DNA of 64,000 nucleotides from Phoronis australis (taxonomy: Eukaryota; Animalia; Phoronida), in contig NMRA01000540.1 in NCBI GenBank assembly GCA_002633005.1, positions 82,119 through 146,118 on the forward strand, in the 5' to 3' direction. The notes under the pieces were generated by a model, which made no database searches, was not told the origin of the DNA, and was given only the letters and a program-made list of their open reading frames with translations. The position numbers and the translations under genes are program-made. The stretch's first letter is position 1; every line of letters begins with the position of its first letter. Positions 1 through 13,000 of the stretch are shown here, piece by piece.

Positions 1-174
1 CAATAAGTTATTTACTACCATACCCTATGGCAGTTGTGGACAGGTCAATACACCAACAATAAGTTATTTACTACCATACCCTATGGCAGTTGTGGACAGG
101 TCAATACACCAACAATAAGTTATTTACTACCATACCCTATGGCAGTTGTGGACAGGTCAATACACCAACAATAA
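1..174. repeat. 56-bp minisatellite (about 3 copies), ending at an N
   Basis: Unit caataagttatttactaccataccctatggcagttgtggacaggtcaatacaccaa is repeated exactly; N at 175. Confidence 0.95.
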
Positions 175-191
175 NCTCACAAAGCCCTTAC

Positions 192-3100
192 CATCTAGTA
201 ATGGCATCCTCCACAGCACTAGTTAAGGCATGACCCAGGTGGAGAGACCCAGTCACATTGGGAGGTGGGATAACCATCATAAACTTGCCGGCTGGATTCT
301 CTTCATATGGATTGGTCCTCTGGAATGACATGCAACATAACTCAATGTGACTGCATTACAGGACTACTGGGGGGTATAATGTGACACGTATTAAAATCAA
401 GTACTAGAAATGGGCGCACAGGGCTGCTGACACACAGAACTTTTTTCTTTTCACTTGCATTTCCCTTTTCACGGCTTACAAGTTGGAAATAGAATGAGGT
501 TGGAAATTAACTAAAAGTGTTTTCACCTGGACATCAGTCACCAGTTGCTGTTCACTCAACATAAGTTGAGCATTGTTAAAAAAGAACAGGGGATGGCGCC
601 GCCGTTACTTGCATCACTCTATACAACATCAGCACTGTGTGCCTAGCAAACCCTAACATACAGTGGTTTTAAATAATGATAACTTTCATCAAAGTTCATC
701 TGGTTTCGTCCAAATTATGGCAAAAACCCAAAGGAAAATCGTACGAAAAATTACATATTATTGAAAATTAGTAGACAATCTCTACCTTGAAATTTCAGAG
801 AATTCTAATTGCAGTAATACTGTCAATGTTTTTGAAAACTACAGAAATTCTTTATTTATTTTGCATGAAAATCACGGCGAAAAAATGTCACCTTTACTTA
901 ACTCAAAGACTAATGCTGTTGGAAATTATGGAAATGTTATCAAAAGTTTTCTGAAAACATCTTTACAGAACACTTCGTGGTTAGCAATAGGCTAACATTT
1001 TCTTAATCTTTATTTTTATAGAGAAGTTTGACAAAACAGAATTTCACCTATTGGTCGTTCTGTGTGCTAAATATGTGAAAAATTACTGCACTGTAATTGT
1101 GAAGAGCACATCAATAAGTTATTTACTACCATACCCTATGGCAGTTGTGGACAGGTCAATACACCAACAATAAGTTATTTACTACCATACCCTANTGTTA
1201 CGTGGGCATGTGGGCGCGACTGTATGTGTCGGGCACTTCGCTAGCGACAGGCTTAGGAGAAGGGTGTTTCCTCCTTTTGCTTTCATGGAAAGTTGATCGT
1301 TATCATGTGCAAATTGAACTGAAACGAATGCCTGATGAGAGAAAATACATATTCTGAGGTTCAGTGGAGACTTGCTCTGTTAAAGTACTTTTCGTGCAAT
1401 TCCATTAGTCCCTTACCCCGTATTCCGGCTTGAAAAAACCAGATTTTTCCCACCAGGCGTACCACGCTGCTTCCACATATCTGGGACTGTACGCATCAGG
1501 CATCGGACATGACGTGTCTGAAATCATGATGATAATCATGCAGCAATTGCTATTTAAGTAATATAAACAGTAAGAGAATTGGCCAACTGCCAATAGATGT
1601 CACTGAAAACCTGAGCAACCAAGACTAGAAATAGCTTGACGTTTTGTTCTTCATTAACCAAAACTTTTATTGGTAAACAGATTCGCTCAACAAATTCTCG
1701 TAACTGTTTCCACAACAATATTCTAAAGTCACCATGACAGTGAAAAACCCACTTAAACACCAGAAACAACAATAATTTCAATGGGAAATCAAACGTGTTA
1801 AATGTTACCTTTTTACTAGAAACACAAATATTGGCAAGGATAAATAAACCATAAGTTGGTATGAGCCTGTTTTGAAAATTGTTAGAGTGATGCCGTACTT
1901 TTTGTTTCTTTGTTACCAAAAACGGTAATTCATTAAGTAGTGCCAGAATATTTGTTTGCCCAGTTCACTGCTCCAATGACGCGGTTGGCTGTGCTGCTGT
2001 CAACTGGAGGAGCTCATATTTGCATTGACCCCTCTTAAGGAAGACCTTCCCAGGCCTCTATTCAACAGTCATTTAAGGCAGTGATTATAGCTGACTAGAC
2101 AAACCTCTACTTAAAAAACAACAGGATAAATTATTTGTCCAAAGAATGAAGCAGATACACTCTTTTAAGGTAGGTGGATACACAAAAAAATTAATTTTGA
2201 CTGTTTTTTACATTTTCATATCATCCTAATCTTTAATTCTTGATGCACAATATACTGAAGAAAAATAAAATCATTCTGAAAATCCAAAGTTGTTTTTTTA
2301 GCTATATTTGACCAAGCCTCAGTATGTCATATGGCTTGAGTGCTCACCAGCTCAGTGATTGACAACTGGGGCGGAGCTTATATACAAGGACACTAGCTCT
2401 AATCTAACCCTGTCAACAAGCATTGCGTAACCGGGCAATCGAGAGTGATGTACCAGCTGATATTGGTGTTGTAGCAAGACCAAGAATAAAACAATTCTAT
2501 TTTTGACCATGTGAAAGTTAGTAGTGAAATGGTGAACTAGCTCCTGTTCCGAGCCTGAGCCTGTTTGTCTATCTGCAAAAAAATTAAGTTGAGTACGCCA
2601 AGCCCTACCGAAGCCATCACTGCACTCAGCTTGAGGAGTCCGTGCAGAATTTGTGCATGTATAAGAGAAGTCGGTAATATAAGGTCAGTTGTCTTGCGAG
2701 AGGACGCCGAGTGTCGACGTGGGAGGTGTTGCACGATTCGGTGAGAAAGCATGCACGCGCTGTGAAGACAAGGCGCGCGCGCGACACATGGACAACTACA
2801 TGCCGTCAGAGTAAACAGTGCTTCTGTGCTGGGAACGTGCCGTGGAGAAACTAGGCTGTCAAACCCAGAGGATTTTTAACTTGCTACTGGCCGTAACCCA
2901 AAGAATGAGAGAAATGACCCAGTGTTCAACATAACAAATTTTTTTCTAGTGCATAGATTCAAACGTAACCCTGAATTAAAACTCATGATATACGATTTTA
3001 GAGGAAAGCAATATAAGAAACTTTAGTAACTTGAGAATCTCACCCAAGCGGCGCTATTTGCGCAGAAAGTGATATTTTCTTATCCCAAAGTCCATTCGGT

Positions 3101-6100
3101 ACAGGCACGTAAAAATGTTGAACCATTACTATGAAAGTAGTTCTTTATCCTCGTCGCCAATTTTGTTATGTAGGCAGTAACGCGGCGATTTGATATAACA
3201 CATATATTGGTTGATGATAATATTGGAATACTAACAAATAGGTCTGTGTAATGTAGTTAGAGAGTCTTTTACAAACTGAGTGGAGAGTTCAGATGAATCG
3301 TATAAACAATCAACACATGGTGGTCGGCACACCAGTACAGCAGACAATAGATCAACGCTAAGCTCCGCCCACGTGACAGCCATATTTGTTTTGGTCGTCT
3401 GTCGTGCATCACAAGTTCGAAAAAATGATTAAAATTACGCTGTAAACAAACAGGTATGTCACATTTTCTAAATATGAAGTAAATATCAGCTTTATTTCTA
3501 GTACTTCAACAAAAATTGGAACATAATGACCACGCATTCTGAACGAAATTTGATCTCAAGTGGCAATCGATGACCGCTTAACTTCAAAGCCGTTTTTCTC
3601 GGCTCGTGATTTCAGGATAGTGACACGATTCTCGGGCCTATTTTTCCACAACACGTGGGTCAATTTTAACGAAAGTTGCAAATTTGAAATCCTCTTGGAC
3701 TGAAGTAAAATCGCGTGCCAGGGTTTTTTGATAAATGGACCAGATTTTTAGTTATTAGACGGAAAGTGACCAAATGACAAAAAGTGGCGTGCTTGCCCCA
3801 ACTCACACACAAAAAATGCCACAAAATCAAGATCATAATGATTTTGTACATATATTTGGTATGGATAAGTAGAATATTGCGTAAGGAAATAGTTGATGAT
3901 GATCCCTGTGCATTTTGAAAAAAAATTCGAGGTAAAATTGGATTTTTTGAAAATTAAAAAATACGATTTATAAAAAAAACGAACTACAAAAAAACATTTT
4001 TTTCGATTTTTGTCACTTTCAGAGTCATGTTTTACTAGTTAAAACTCCATTTTTACTCATTTTAGTTAGGAACCAGGAGATTTGATCAGTGTATACACCT
4101 ACCTTAAGTACTGAAGCACACCTTCAAAACTAATGTGAATGCAGAAGACAACCAAAACATTTCTTCAGTCCAATCCAGGAAAGAAATTTAAATGTTAGGC
4201 AATTGCTCTCCCAGTACTAGGTAACAACAGGAAAGTGAGGCAAGTGGCCCAGCAAAGGAACCACAATATCTTCTTAGGTGTGCATTCAGTACCTTTGAGA
4301 CAACACAATGGCCTTTGAGTACATGTATGCTCAACAGGACTTTTCTATCACATTTCCTGCTTTTGGAAAGCATTGCTCGTCACTAGTAAGGTTACCCTTA
4401 TCGAAAATATTTTAAAAGTTTGTGTCCTCACCTTTCTTGTCACCTTCTGGTGTCGGGATGTCATAGGTTATCACTTCTTTACGCTTCTGTTCTTTTGGCT
4501 TTTTCTGAAATCAAAAGCAGTAGAAAAATAAAACTACAACTGGGCTTTGACTGGTAAGAACAAGTTATATACGTCTAAAAATTGATCGATGCAGGCTGAT
4601 TTATACAAAATAATACTGATACCCGATTGATATTAAAGGAAAATGCCACCCGATTTAAATAGGCTTTTGTATCATCTTAATCGGTCTATATCCACATCGC
4701 CTCTTATATGGTCGACCTCACCTTGCCAATAAGTGTCGCGTTAACCTGTGAGGAAGGTGAGAAAAACGACGTCGGTTGTTCGTCTACATAGTGAATGCCG
4801 CTATATTGCGGTGCATCGTTCCCGCTTGTCCGAACTATGAAGCTGCGAAGAAAGTGGGTATATCGTGTTTCCGGCTTCCTGGAGACCCCGAAATGCTTAG
4901 GAAGTGACTCACGGTAGTGAAGAATGAAAGGTAAGCTTTTAATAGCAAGTATGAGGCCGTGAAACATCTTCGTGTCTGTGGCCGGCATTTCGTCGACAGT
5001 GATTTCTCTAACGAATTCCGGCTTACCAAAGAACTATCCATACGTTCCGTTGCCTGTGCAAGTTCACGGCGCCTCTCTAGTATTTCTTGAACAGTGTATT
5101 CCGGTTCGAAATGATAGCCTGTGAAACCCAACGATCCGACCCGTGAAGTCTTCATCGCCTGAGCTCTTGACAAAGACAGGATAGGCGCGGGGCGAGTTGC
5201 CATGTAGACGTTTATTATTCTGCGTTATGTTTCAAAATGAATTATTCTCATCCTAACAAATGCTTATATGAAACTGAAACAAAGTCCGTCTCATTAAATA
5301 CAATTTGTAATGCCTTGGAGTGCTCGTGAGAGCAAATGTTTTGAGAAGCCAGCAATGAATAAACCACTGCGTTACCGGCTTTTGATGCTGGCAACAAAGG
5401 TAATTGACCGGGCACCGAGGCCTTGTGAGCGCATGCTAATTCAGTGTTTGCCTATGGAAAGCTGTTGTGAAACAATTACTCGAATTTATATGCCATGGTC
5501 AAATGTTAGGGGAATCTTTATTTAGAAATATAAACACATTATTCAAATCATTGTTACAGTAAAACCTTTGCCCTGACAGTCTGTGGAAGGGAAACCCGAA
5601 ACCACGGCCCCTCACAAGTAAGTAGATTTTCAGTTTCGTGGCTAATTCACATAAATAATTACGTGCACAATTATTTGTTTGGCTCACTATTGTAATTTTT
5701 TCGTGACTGGAGGTTTAGTTTCCAACTCAAGCTGGTTTATGTTCGTGCCAGTCCCGGCGGCCGTGACGCGGGGCCTGATCGGGTTCCGAGCCACTGGCCA
5801 GGATAATGAGCATTTTGTGTGTTTAGAACTCTAAAAATCACAAGTAGAACAACACAGATCTAGGTTCTCTTGTCTGCATTTCACGGAAGAATACTTCGAA
5901 TTTATCTCATAACAGACCCCTAACTCCTCAGTGCTACGGACCTTGGTAAATTGGCCTGCAGAACTTTCTAGGTTACGGTCTGTCCAAATACCAGTAAATC
6001 CGTAACAGCGAAATAAAACAACACGTTTTTATAAGAACTCGGTGTATTTTTAAGGGTTATACGTCGAAGTTTGATGATTTATTGGTGTTAAACGATGAAT

Positions 6101-9100
6101 TCTAGCGATAAGCTGACACCAGTAACCCGTGTTATGAACGGCTGAACAGACTGCGTGTGAAACCAATTACAACACCTCCGTCTGCCGTCAGGTGTCAGGT
6201 AACGCAACCGAACGTGCCATTGTCGAGTAGAGCTACTCGATCTAAATTGATACAAAATAGGTTGTTTTTTGGGTGGCATTCTCCTTTCAACACATGAGCC
6301 CCGCAAATACAACCAAAGAATGAAAATGAACTACAACCTCTGCTGTGTTTGCATTACATGCACAAGAATTAGCAACCCAAAATAAAAGACCAGCTCCAAA
6401 ATGGAGACTTCGATGTCTGTTTTTAAATCAACCAATGTCATTCAAGTAACTGTCGACAAGTTTTCGCAAATCACGACATCAACTTACAGCAGTATACTCA
6501 ACGACAACATGGCATCGAGAGAAAGGGCATGTATGGAAAGTAGTGACATTTTTGCCTATACTGCCGACTTCTTTCATTAAATGACTTTTTCTGTTTTGGA
6601 TAAGAACTGATACAGTAACTGTATTTTACTTTATTCAGGCCTTGCAACTACCACTGCTATGATTCTTAAGGTAGGTGGATACACAAAAAATTAATTTTGA
6701 CTGTTTTTTTACACTTTTATGTCATCCTAATCTTTAATTCTTGATGCACAGTATACTGAAGAAAAATAACATCATTCTGAAAATCCAAAGTTGTTTTTTA
6801 CCTATATTTGAACAAGCCTCAGTAAGTCATATGGCTTGAGTGCTTACCAGCTCAGTGATTGACAACTGGGGCGGAGCTTATATACAAGACACTAGCTCTA
6901 ATCTAACCCTGTCAACAAGCATTGCATAACCGGGCAATCGAGAGCGCTGTACCAGCTGATATTGGTGTTGTAGCAAGACCAAGAATAAAATAATTCTATT
7001 TTTGACCATGTGAAAGTTGGTAGTGAAATGGTGAACTAGCTCCTGTTCCGAGCCTGAGCCTGTTTGTCGAGCCTGAGCCTGTTTGTCTATTTGCAAAAAA
7101 AAATTAAGTTGAGTACGCCAAGCCCTACCGAAGCCATCACTGCACTCAGCTTGAGGAGTCCGTGCAGAAATTGTGCATGTATAACAGAAGTCGGTAATAT
7201 AAGGTCAGGTGTCTTGCGAGAGGACGCTGAGTGTCGACGTGGGTGGTGTTGCACAATTCGGTGAGAGTGCATGCATGCGCTGTGAAGACAAGCCGCGCGC
7301 GCGACACATGGACAACTACATGCCGTCAGAGTAAGGTCTTCACAGATATAACCGTGCTTCTGTGCTGGGAACGCGCCGTTGAGAAACTAGGCTGTCAAAC
7401 CCAGAGGATTTTTTAACTTGCCACTGGCCGTAACCCAAAGAATTAGAGAAATGACTCAGTGTTCAACATAACAAAAATTTTCTAGTGCATAGATTCAAAC
7501 GTAACCCTGAATTAAAACTCATGATATTATACGATTTTAGAGGAAAGCAATATAAGAAACTTTAGTAACTTGAGAATCTCACCCAAGCAGCGCTATTTGC
7601 GCAGAAAGTGATATTTTCTTATCCCAAAGTCCATTTGGTATAGGCACGTAAAAATGTTGAACCATTACTATGAAAGTAGTTCTTTATCCTCGTCGCCAAT
7701 ATTGTTATGTAGGCATTAACGCGGCGATTTGATATAACACATATATTGGTTGATGATAATATTGAAATACTAACAAATAGGTCTGTGTAATATAGTTAGA
7801 GAGTCTTTTACTAACTGAGTGGAGAGTTCAGATGAATCATATAAACAATCAACACATGGTTTTAATGTGTGGTCGGCACACCAGTACAGCAGACAATAGA
7901 TCAACGCTAAGCTCTGCCCCCGTGACAGCCATATTTGTTTTGATCGTCTGTTGTGCTTCACAAGTTCGAAAAAATGACTAAAATTACGCTGTAAACAAAC
8001 AGGTATGTCACATTCTCTAAAAAATAAAGTAAATATCAGCTTTATTTCTAGTACTTCAACAAAAATTGGAACATAATGACCACGCATTCTGAACCAAATT
8101 TGATTTCAAGTGGCAATCGATGACCGCTTAACTTCAAAGCCGTTTTTCTCGGCTCGTGATTTCAGGATAGTGACAAGATTCTCGGGCCTATTTTTCCACA
8201 ACACGTGGGTCACTTTTTACGAAAGTTGCAAATTTGAAATCCTCTAGGACTGAAGTAAAATCCCGTGCCAGGGTTTTTTGATAAATGGACCAGATTTTTA
8301 GTTATTAGACGGAAAGTGACCAAATGACAAAAAGTGACGTGCTTGCCACAACTCACACACAAAAAATGCCACAAAATCAAGACCATAATGATTTTGTACA
8401 TAGAATATTGCGTAAGGAAACGGTTGATGATGATCCCTGTGCATTTTGAAAAAAATTCGAGGTAAAATTGGATTTTTTGAAAATTAAAAAATATGATTTT
8501 TTAAAAAAACAAACTACAAAAAAAACTTTTTTTCTTCGATTTTTGTCACTTTCAGAGTCATGTCTAACTAGTTAAAACTGCCTTTTTACTCATTTTAGTT
8601 AGGAACCTGGAGATTTGATCAGTGTATACACCTACCTTAATTTGCAATAACTTCTGGACAAATTGTGTTCAATGATTTAACAACCTTGTAGAGTGTGTCT
8701 GTTAATACTTATTTACAGATGGGTTACGTGTCTATTCTGAGTACGACAACAGCCTTTGACATTTGCAAGTGTTCCAATTTATTGAATATTAGAAATACTT
8801 GAATGCGAATCATGCACTAATTCAAGTCAAGTCAATTTATTTCAAAATGAGAGAAAGACATTAGCCAGAGGCTAGTATAGGAGGTATTATGTTTGAATAA
8901 AGAAATCACAGGCTCTGCACTTGCACGGAGTCTCAGTCCATGATTTTGGATATTGCACAAATGTCTTTAAATTTAGGCTCGATCTTGCCTCCTCTAGTAA
9001 AAAGTTTTCAAATGTTAGAACCATAGGCTCTCAAAGATAGCAGACCACATAAGGAGTGGTTCTGCAATAGGGGAATGTTTGTCCTGGGCACTGGTTGGAT

Positions 9101-9677
9101 ATAGCGGCGGTCCCCGATTTAGAGAACCAGTTTCATCCACTAACTACTGTGCCTGTTATTCACTCATTGCCGGGTTCTCTTAATCAGGGACCGCTATATC
9201 CGACCAGTGCCTTTGTCCTGTTGGATGATCTCTAAGTAAATTGTAAGAAGGTTCCACGGAAAAGGGGTGACAGTTGCTTCTAAAAATTGAAAGCTTCTTT
9301 TAGAATCATTCTCTGTCTATCAAGTTCTTGAGTAAGCAGATTAGCTCTCGATAATAGTGTTTCATATCAGCTAGAAAATCATCATAAACAAATTGCAGAG
9401 CCCTGCATTGAACTCGCTCAATCTTCTGTGTATTGATTTAGCCACAAACATGACAGATTAAAGCAATGAAAATTCATCAGTGGTCTGATATTTCAGATTT
9501 TACTTGTGCATTGCTTTCAGATTTTTCCTTCTTTTCAGCCTCCTTCTTGGCTTTAAACTTCTCCATTTTCTTTCGCTTTTCCTCTTCTTTCTTTAGTTGT
9601 TTGGCTGTTTTCACCACCGGTTCTCCAGACCCAGTGGCTGAATTAGCCGGCGAAATTTCATCAGAGTTACCGTCCAT
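192..9677 (-). CDS. VARS1: Valyl-tRNA synthetase, cytosolic type (first four coding exons; gene continues off the left edge)
   Basis: Phase-consistent GT-AG exons 9504-9677, 4432-4504, 1417-1517 and 192-319. They translate to a Lys/Glu-rich N-terminus, then [47 protein letters not shown] and [20 protein letters not shown] (class Ia HIGH motif, ValRS context). Confidence 0.95.
1112..1194. repeat. Same 56-bp minisatellite (1.5 copies), ending at an N
   Basis: Identical unit to 1-174; N at 1195. Confidence 0.9.
2169..4103. mobile_element. Non-autonomous DNA transposon family A, copy 1 (Kolobok-type)
   Basis: TTAA on both sides (2165-2168, 4104-4107). TIRs are GGTAGGTGGATACAC / GTGTATACACCTACC. 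RR...YY termini with a TTAA TSD fit Kolobok rather than piggyBac. No transposase ORF. Confidence 0.85.
4637..6285. mobile_element. Non-autonomous DNA transposon family B, copy 1 (Kolobok-type, with coding remnant)
   Basis: TTAA|AGGAAAATGCCACCC ... GGGTGGCATTCTCCT|TTCA. Homologous to 40251-41942 and 52595-54270. The minus-strand ORF 4835-5203 contains GYHFEPEY. Confidence 0.8.
6670..8636. mobile_element. Non-autonomous DNA transposon family A, copy 2
   Basis: Near-identical to 2169-4103 and in the same orientation; TTAA at 6666-6669 and 8637-8640. Confidence 0.85.
8822..9450 (-). mobile_element. 5'-truncated non-LTR retrotransposon (CR1/L2-group-like) 3' remnant
   Basis: The minus strand reads degenerate [29 protein letters not shown], typical of the region after the RT domain. 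It ends in an AATAAA-(TTGAC)n tail at 8822-8842. Confidence 0.6.
9087..9211. mobile_element. 125-bp hairpin MITE with 9-bp TSD (Mutator-like), inserted in the LINE remnant
   Basis: TTTGTCCTG at 9078-9086 and 9212-9220; TIRs of about 45 bp, GGCACTGGTTGGATATAGCGG ... CCGCTATATCCGACCAGTGCC. Confidence 0.85.
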
Positions 9678-9779
9678 ACCTGAATGAAAATATCAATAAA
9701 ATAGCAAGAAACAATTGTTTACAGGTAGCTACAAAGAGCGTGAAAATAATTCAACCATCAGTTTTATATGCAGGTGAAA

Positions 9780-10080
9780 AACACACCTCAGCTGTGCGAT
9801 TTCCAAGTCTTTCATCAGCATGAAACTTTCGTGGAAGATAAGGTGAGGCGCATGTGTCGTAAAGCGGAAGTTTCTGGTTTTTACCAAAACATATGTAACA
9901 TTTTCATAAACTAAATGATATTTCCATCAATATCGAGCAATAATTAAATTTTAATAATAATTTCCACGTTCTTTGTAGTATCTTTATGCAAACTAATAAA
10001 TTTTTCTGTAGAGAAAATCTTTTCCCTTTTGGTTCGTGTTCATCTTAATATCCCACAGTTCATAGAAAAAATGGCGGCGC
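9780..10080. promoter_or_regulatory. Bidirectional promoter shared by VARS and PTGES2
   Basis: The divergent start codons (9677 and 10071) are under 400 bp apart. Motifs: NRF1-like GCGCATGTGT 9848-9857, ETS/GABP GCGGAAGT 9864-9871, and YY1 AAAATGGCGGC overlapping the PTGES2 ATG. A short VARS 5'UTR exon probably ends near 9787. Confidence 0.6.
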
Positions 10081-13000
10081 CCTTGTTACGAAACATTCTT
10101 GTTCGTTCTCAAAGTATTTACCCACCAATTTCACAGATTTTGTTGTCTAGGAGTAAGCAAATAACTAATACGACACTGCGTCAAGCGTTCTCTACTCCAT
10201 CTCTTTCAAAACACTTGTCTTCGAAAGTTAAAGCTGCGATTTTAGCTGGTGGATGTGCAATTGTTGTCGGGACTGGTTTCGGATTTGTGAACAATGTAGC
10301 CGCAGAAGGAAATTTACGACCTCCCATTGAGCCCTCGAAAACGGTAAATATCGCCTCTTTAACATATCTCCCCCCTGAAATTGGTCGGGTAACTCAGGGG
10401 CCGGGCTTACCTGGCACTGCAAAGGTAGAGAGTGAGGTAGGCCTAAACGTAAATGGTCCCTGAGCTGGCTAAGCACAGCTGGCGTCCTCATCTTCTGATC
10501 GTCCCCAATACACTATGTACAAGGTATGACACTCTGGACAAGGAATTCTATGCGTGCTTCATTTCAGCCATCCATACCAAACACAAAACTCAATTAATTT
10601 ACATAAAACAGTCTAACACTAACAGGGGTTCAGCCATGAGCAATTGTTCTTTCTTCTGATAGTATTTAAATGTTCTGCGCTTTATGTTGATCTGCGCATT
10701 TTAGGGATGACGTAAGCAAAATGTGTGTTCGTGACGTCATCCGCAAACGGGCCGCCTGTTTGTGGATCAGAAGCATGCTACGGGTAAGTAGACTGAATTT
10801 TCGCCAAATTTCTTTTACTGTAGTCTGTAGGGATTAGTTTGCTTCATGTACAAAATAAATGTCAGTGCAACGCAATACTCTTTGTTTTAGTTATGTGTAC
10901 TGTAATTGTTTCTGAAATAATCACGTAATTGTGCTGATCTCCAGTTGCTCATTGTAAACGACTGTTCGCAAACACGAACGCCGAAGGAATCCACAAACAG
11001 GCCTGCGCAGTATATGGATTTATCCCGGTTTTGATCACGTCATCCGCATATAGCGCAGATCAACAAAACGCGCAGCACATATGTTTACACAGTCCTGCTC
11101 CAGCGAGTTCTCAACAAATTTGCGGTCAAATCACAAAATTCTTCTCAGGAAGCCCATGATTACTGTCAATGTGTCCCACGCAACTCGGTGCGGAATAATT
11201 CAATGAGATTGGAATGGACAACAATTGCCGGTTCATTACGGAAGGTTACGGAAAGTGTGGAGTTATTGATGTTGTAACCTTCTGTGAAAAATAGGCAACT
11301 TCCGTTAAACACATTGACACTATGCATGGGCTTTTTGGGAAGTTTTTTGTGCTTTGACTGAATTTGTTGCGAACACGTAAATGCTATCAGAACAGAAGAT
11401 AGAAGAATTGCTCATGGTTTGTTGAACCCCTATTTTGTGTAAATTTATTTAGTTTTTGTGTTTCAAATGGACAGCTGAAATGAAGTAACTATGGCATTCC
11501 TAATCCGAGTGTCATACCTTGTAGTATATAGTGTAGTAGATACAATCAGAAGCTGAGGATGCCTGTGACCCAGAGTGATTTCATGAGAACCAGTTTCATC
11601 TGAATGACGGTCCTGTTTATATCTAGTGAAAAGTCTTAGTTGAATTACATTTCCTAAAATATTGTCTTTCAAAGTAAAATATTGTATATTGTCAAAAACT
11701 CCGCATGTCATCTCCGGGTATTAAGCAAGCATGTCCTGGGCCATCTGCTTGAGGGTGGAGCATCCAAAGCATTCAGCCAAGAGCCCCAAAGCATGGTCTG
11801 CAAATGTCCCTAACACTAAAAGTTTTAATAGCCTTCCATGTTGAAATGTAAACTGACGCTGTTATTTTTCGCCGCTGCAAAAGAATGGTGAAAAGCATGA
11901 TGCTATACTGATGGAGTTATTTTATTGTTAATAGAAGTTGAGATTTCTGTGTATGGATATTAGATCTCTGGTGCCATTTCTGAAAAGTACTTTTTAATTT
12001 CACAACTGCATGACAGCTTTAGGGGTGATTACATATTGGTGATGCAACGATTTGATGATTTGTCGCTTAAACTGTTGCTCTAGTAGGGATCAGCAGTGCC
12101 ATCTGGTGTTTGCTGGAGAAACAGAAACTACATGATATGATCTGATCTTATTGCCTTTCCTTGTTAACAGATGCGTTCTCCTTGTCATTGTTACTCGCAA
12201 CAAATTCAGAATTCAGCCTTGAGTCGGAAACAGTTTACAATTAAATTGATTCTGAAAATTACAATTGCATAATGTGAAGCCAAAGCAACTGTTGGAGAAC
12301 TCTGAAAAACCTCCATTTTACTCGTGGAATCATCCTCCACAGACTCATATTGGGTCTGTGATAAACCAAACGGGGGGCAAGATTACTAGTAGAACCACAC
12401 GCAACATAACTGATAATACCAATACCAATCAGATAGAAATGGTTGGGTTGGTTATCCACTTTAAGTTGACGCATTCATGATAGCTTTTCCACGTGAATTT
12501 TACCAGGCATGCATCGCAATCCTGAAAGAGACTCCGTTAGGGCTTTTCAAACCTTGTTTTCAAACGAGTCCCAAACAGTGCGGGGTCTCGTTCCTGGTGA
12601 GTATTCTTTTAGAAATCCCTACAAAAGCAGTTATAATACCTGGCCCATCTCCAATCATCTTAAATCTGTTTTATAGGTAAGAACAGACACAGACAAGTCA
12701 GGACTGAAGCTGACATTATACCAGTATGTGACTTGTCCCTTCTGTTGCAAAATCCGTGCTTACCTCGACTACTATGGCTACAACTATGATGTGATCGAGG
12801 TGAACTCTGTGACACGAGCACAAACTAAGTGGTCCAAGTATGGTAAAATACCCATCGTGTGCGCCGATGGTATCGGACAGGATGGTTTTGTGGTAAGTTG
12901 GTTGAAAGTGTCGCAACTGTGCAACAATCAGTGGCTACATTATTTTTGTTTTGTCACTTGCAGGATGGGTTGCAAATATTTGTCTGACCGGTCGTCAACT

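Noticed and set aside
1-174. 56-bp minisatellite as another splice-junction-derived array
   Set aside because: It has a G|GTATGG-like string on the minus strand, but no frame matches ValRS sequence and it does not touch a mapped junction.
2169-4103. piggyBac assignment for the TTAA elements
   Set aside because: The termini are GG...CC or AG...CT, not the CC...GG typical of piggyBac.
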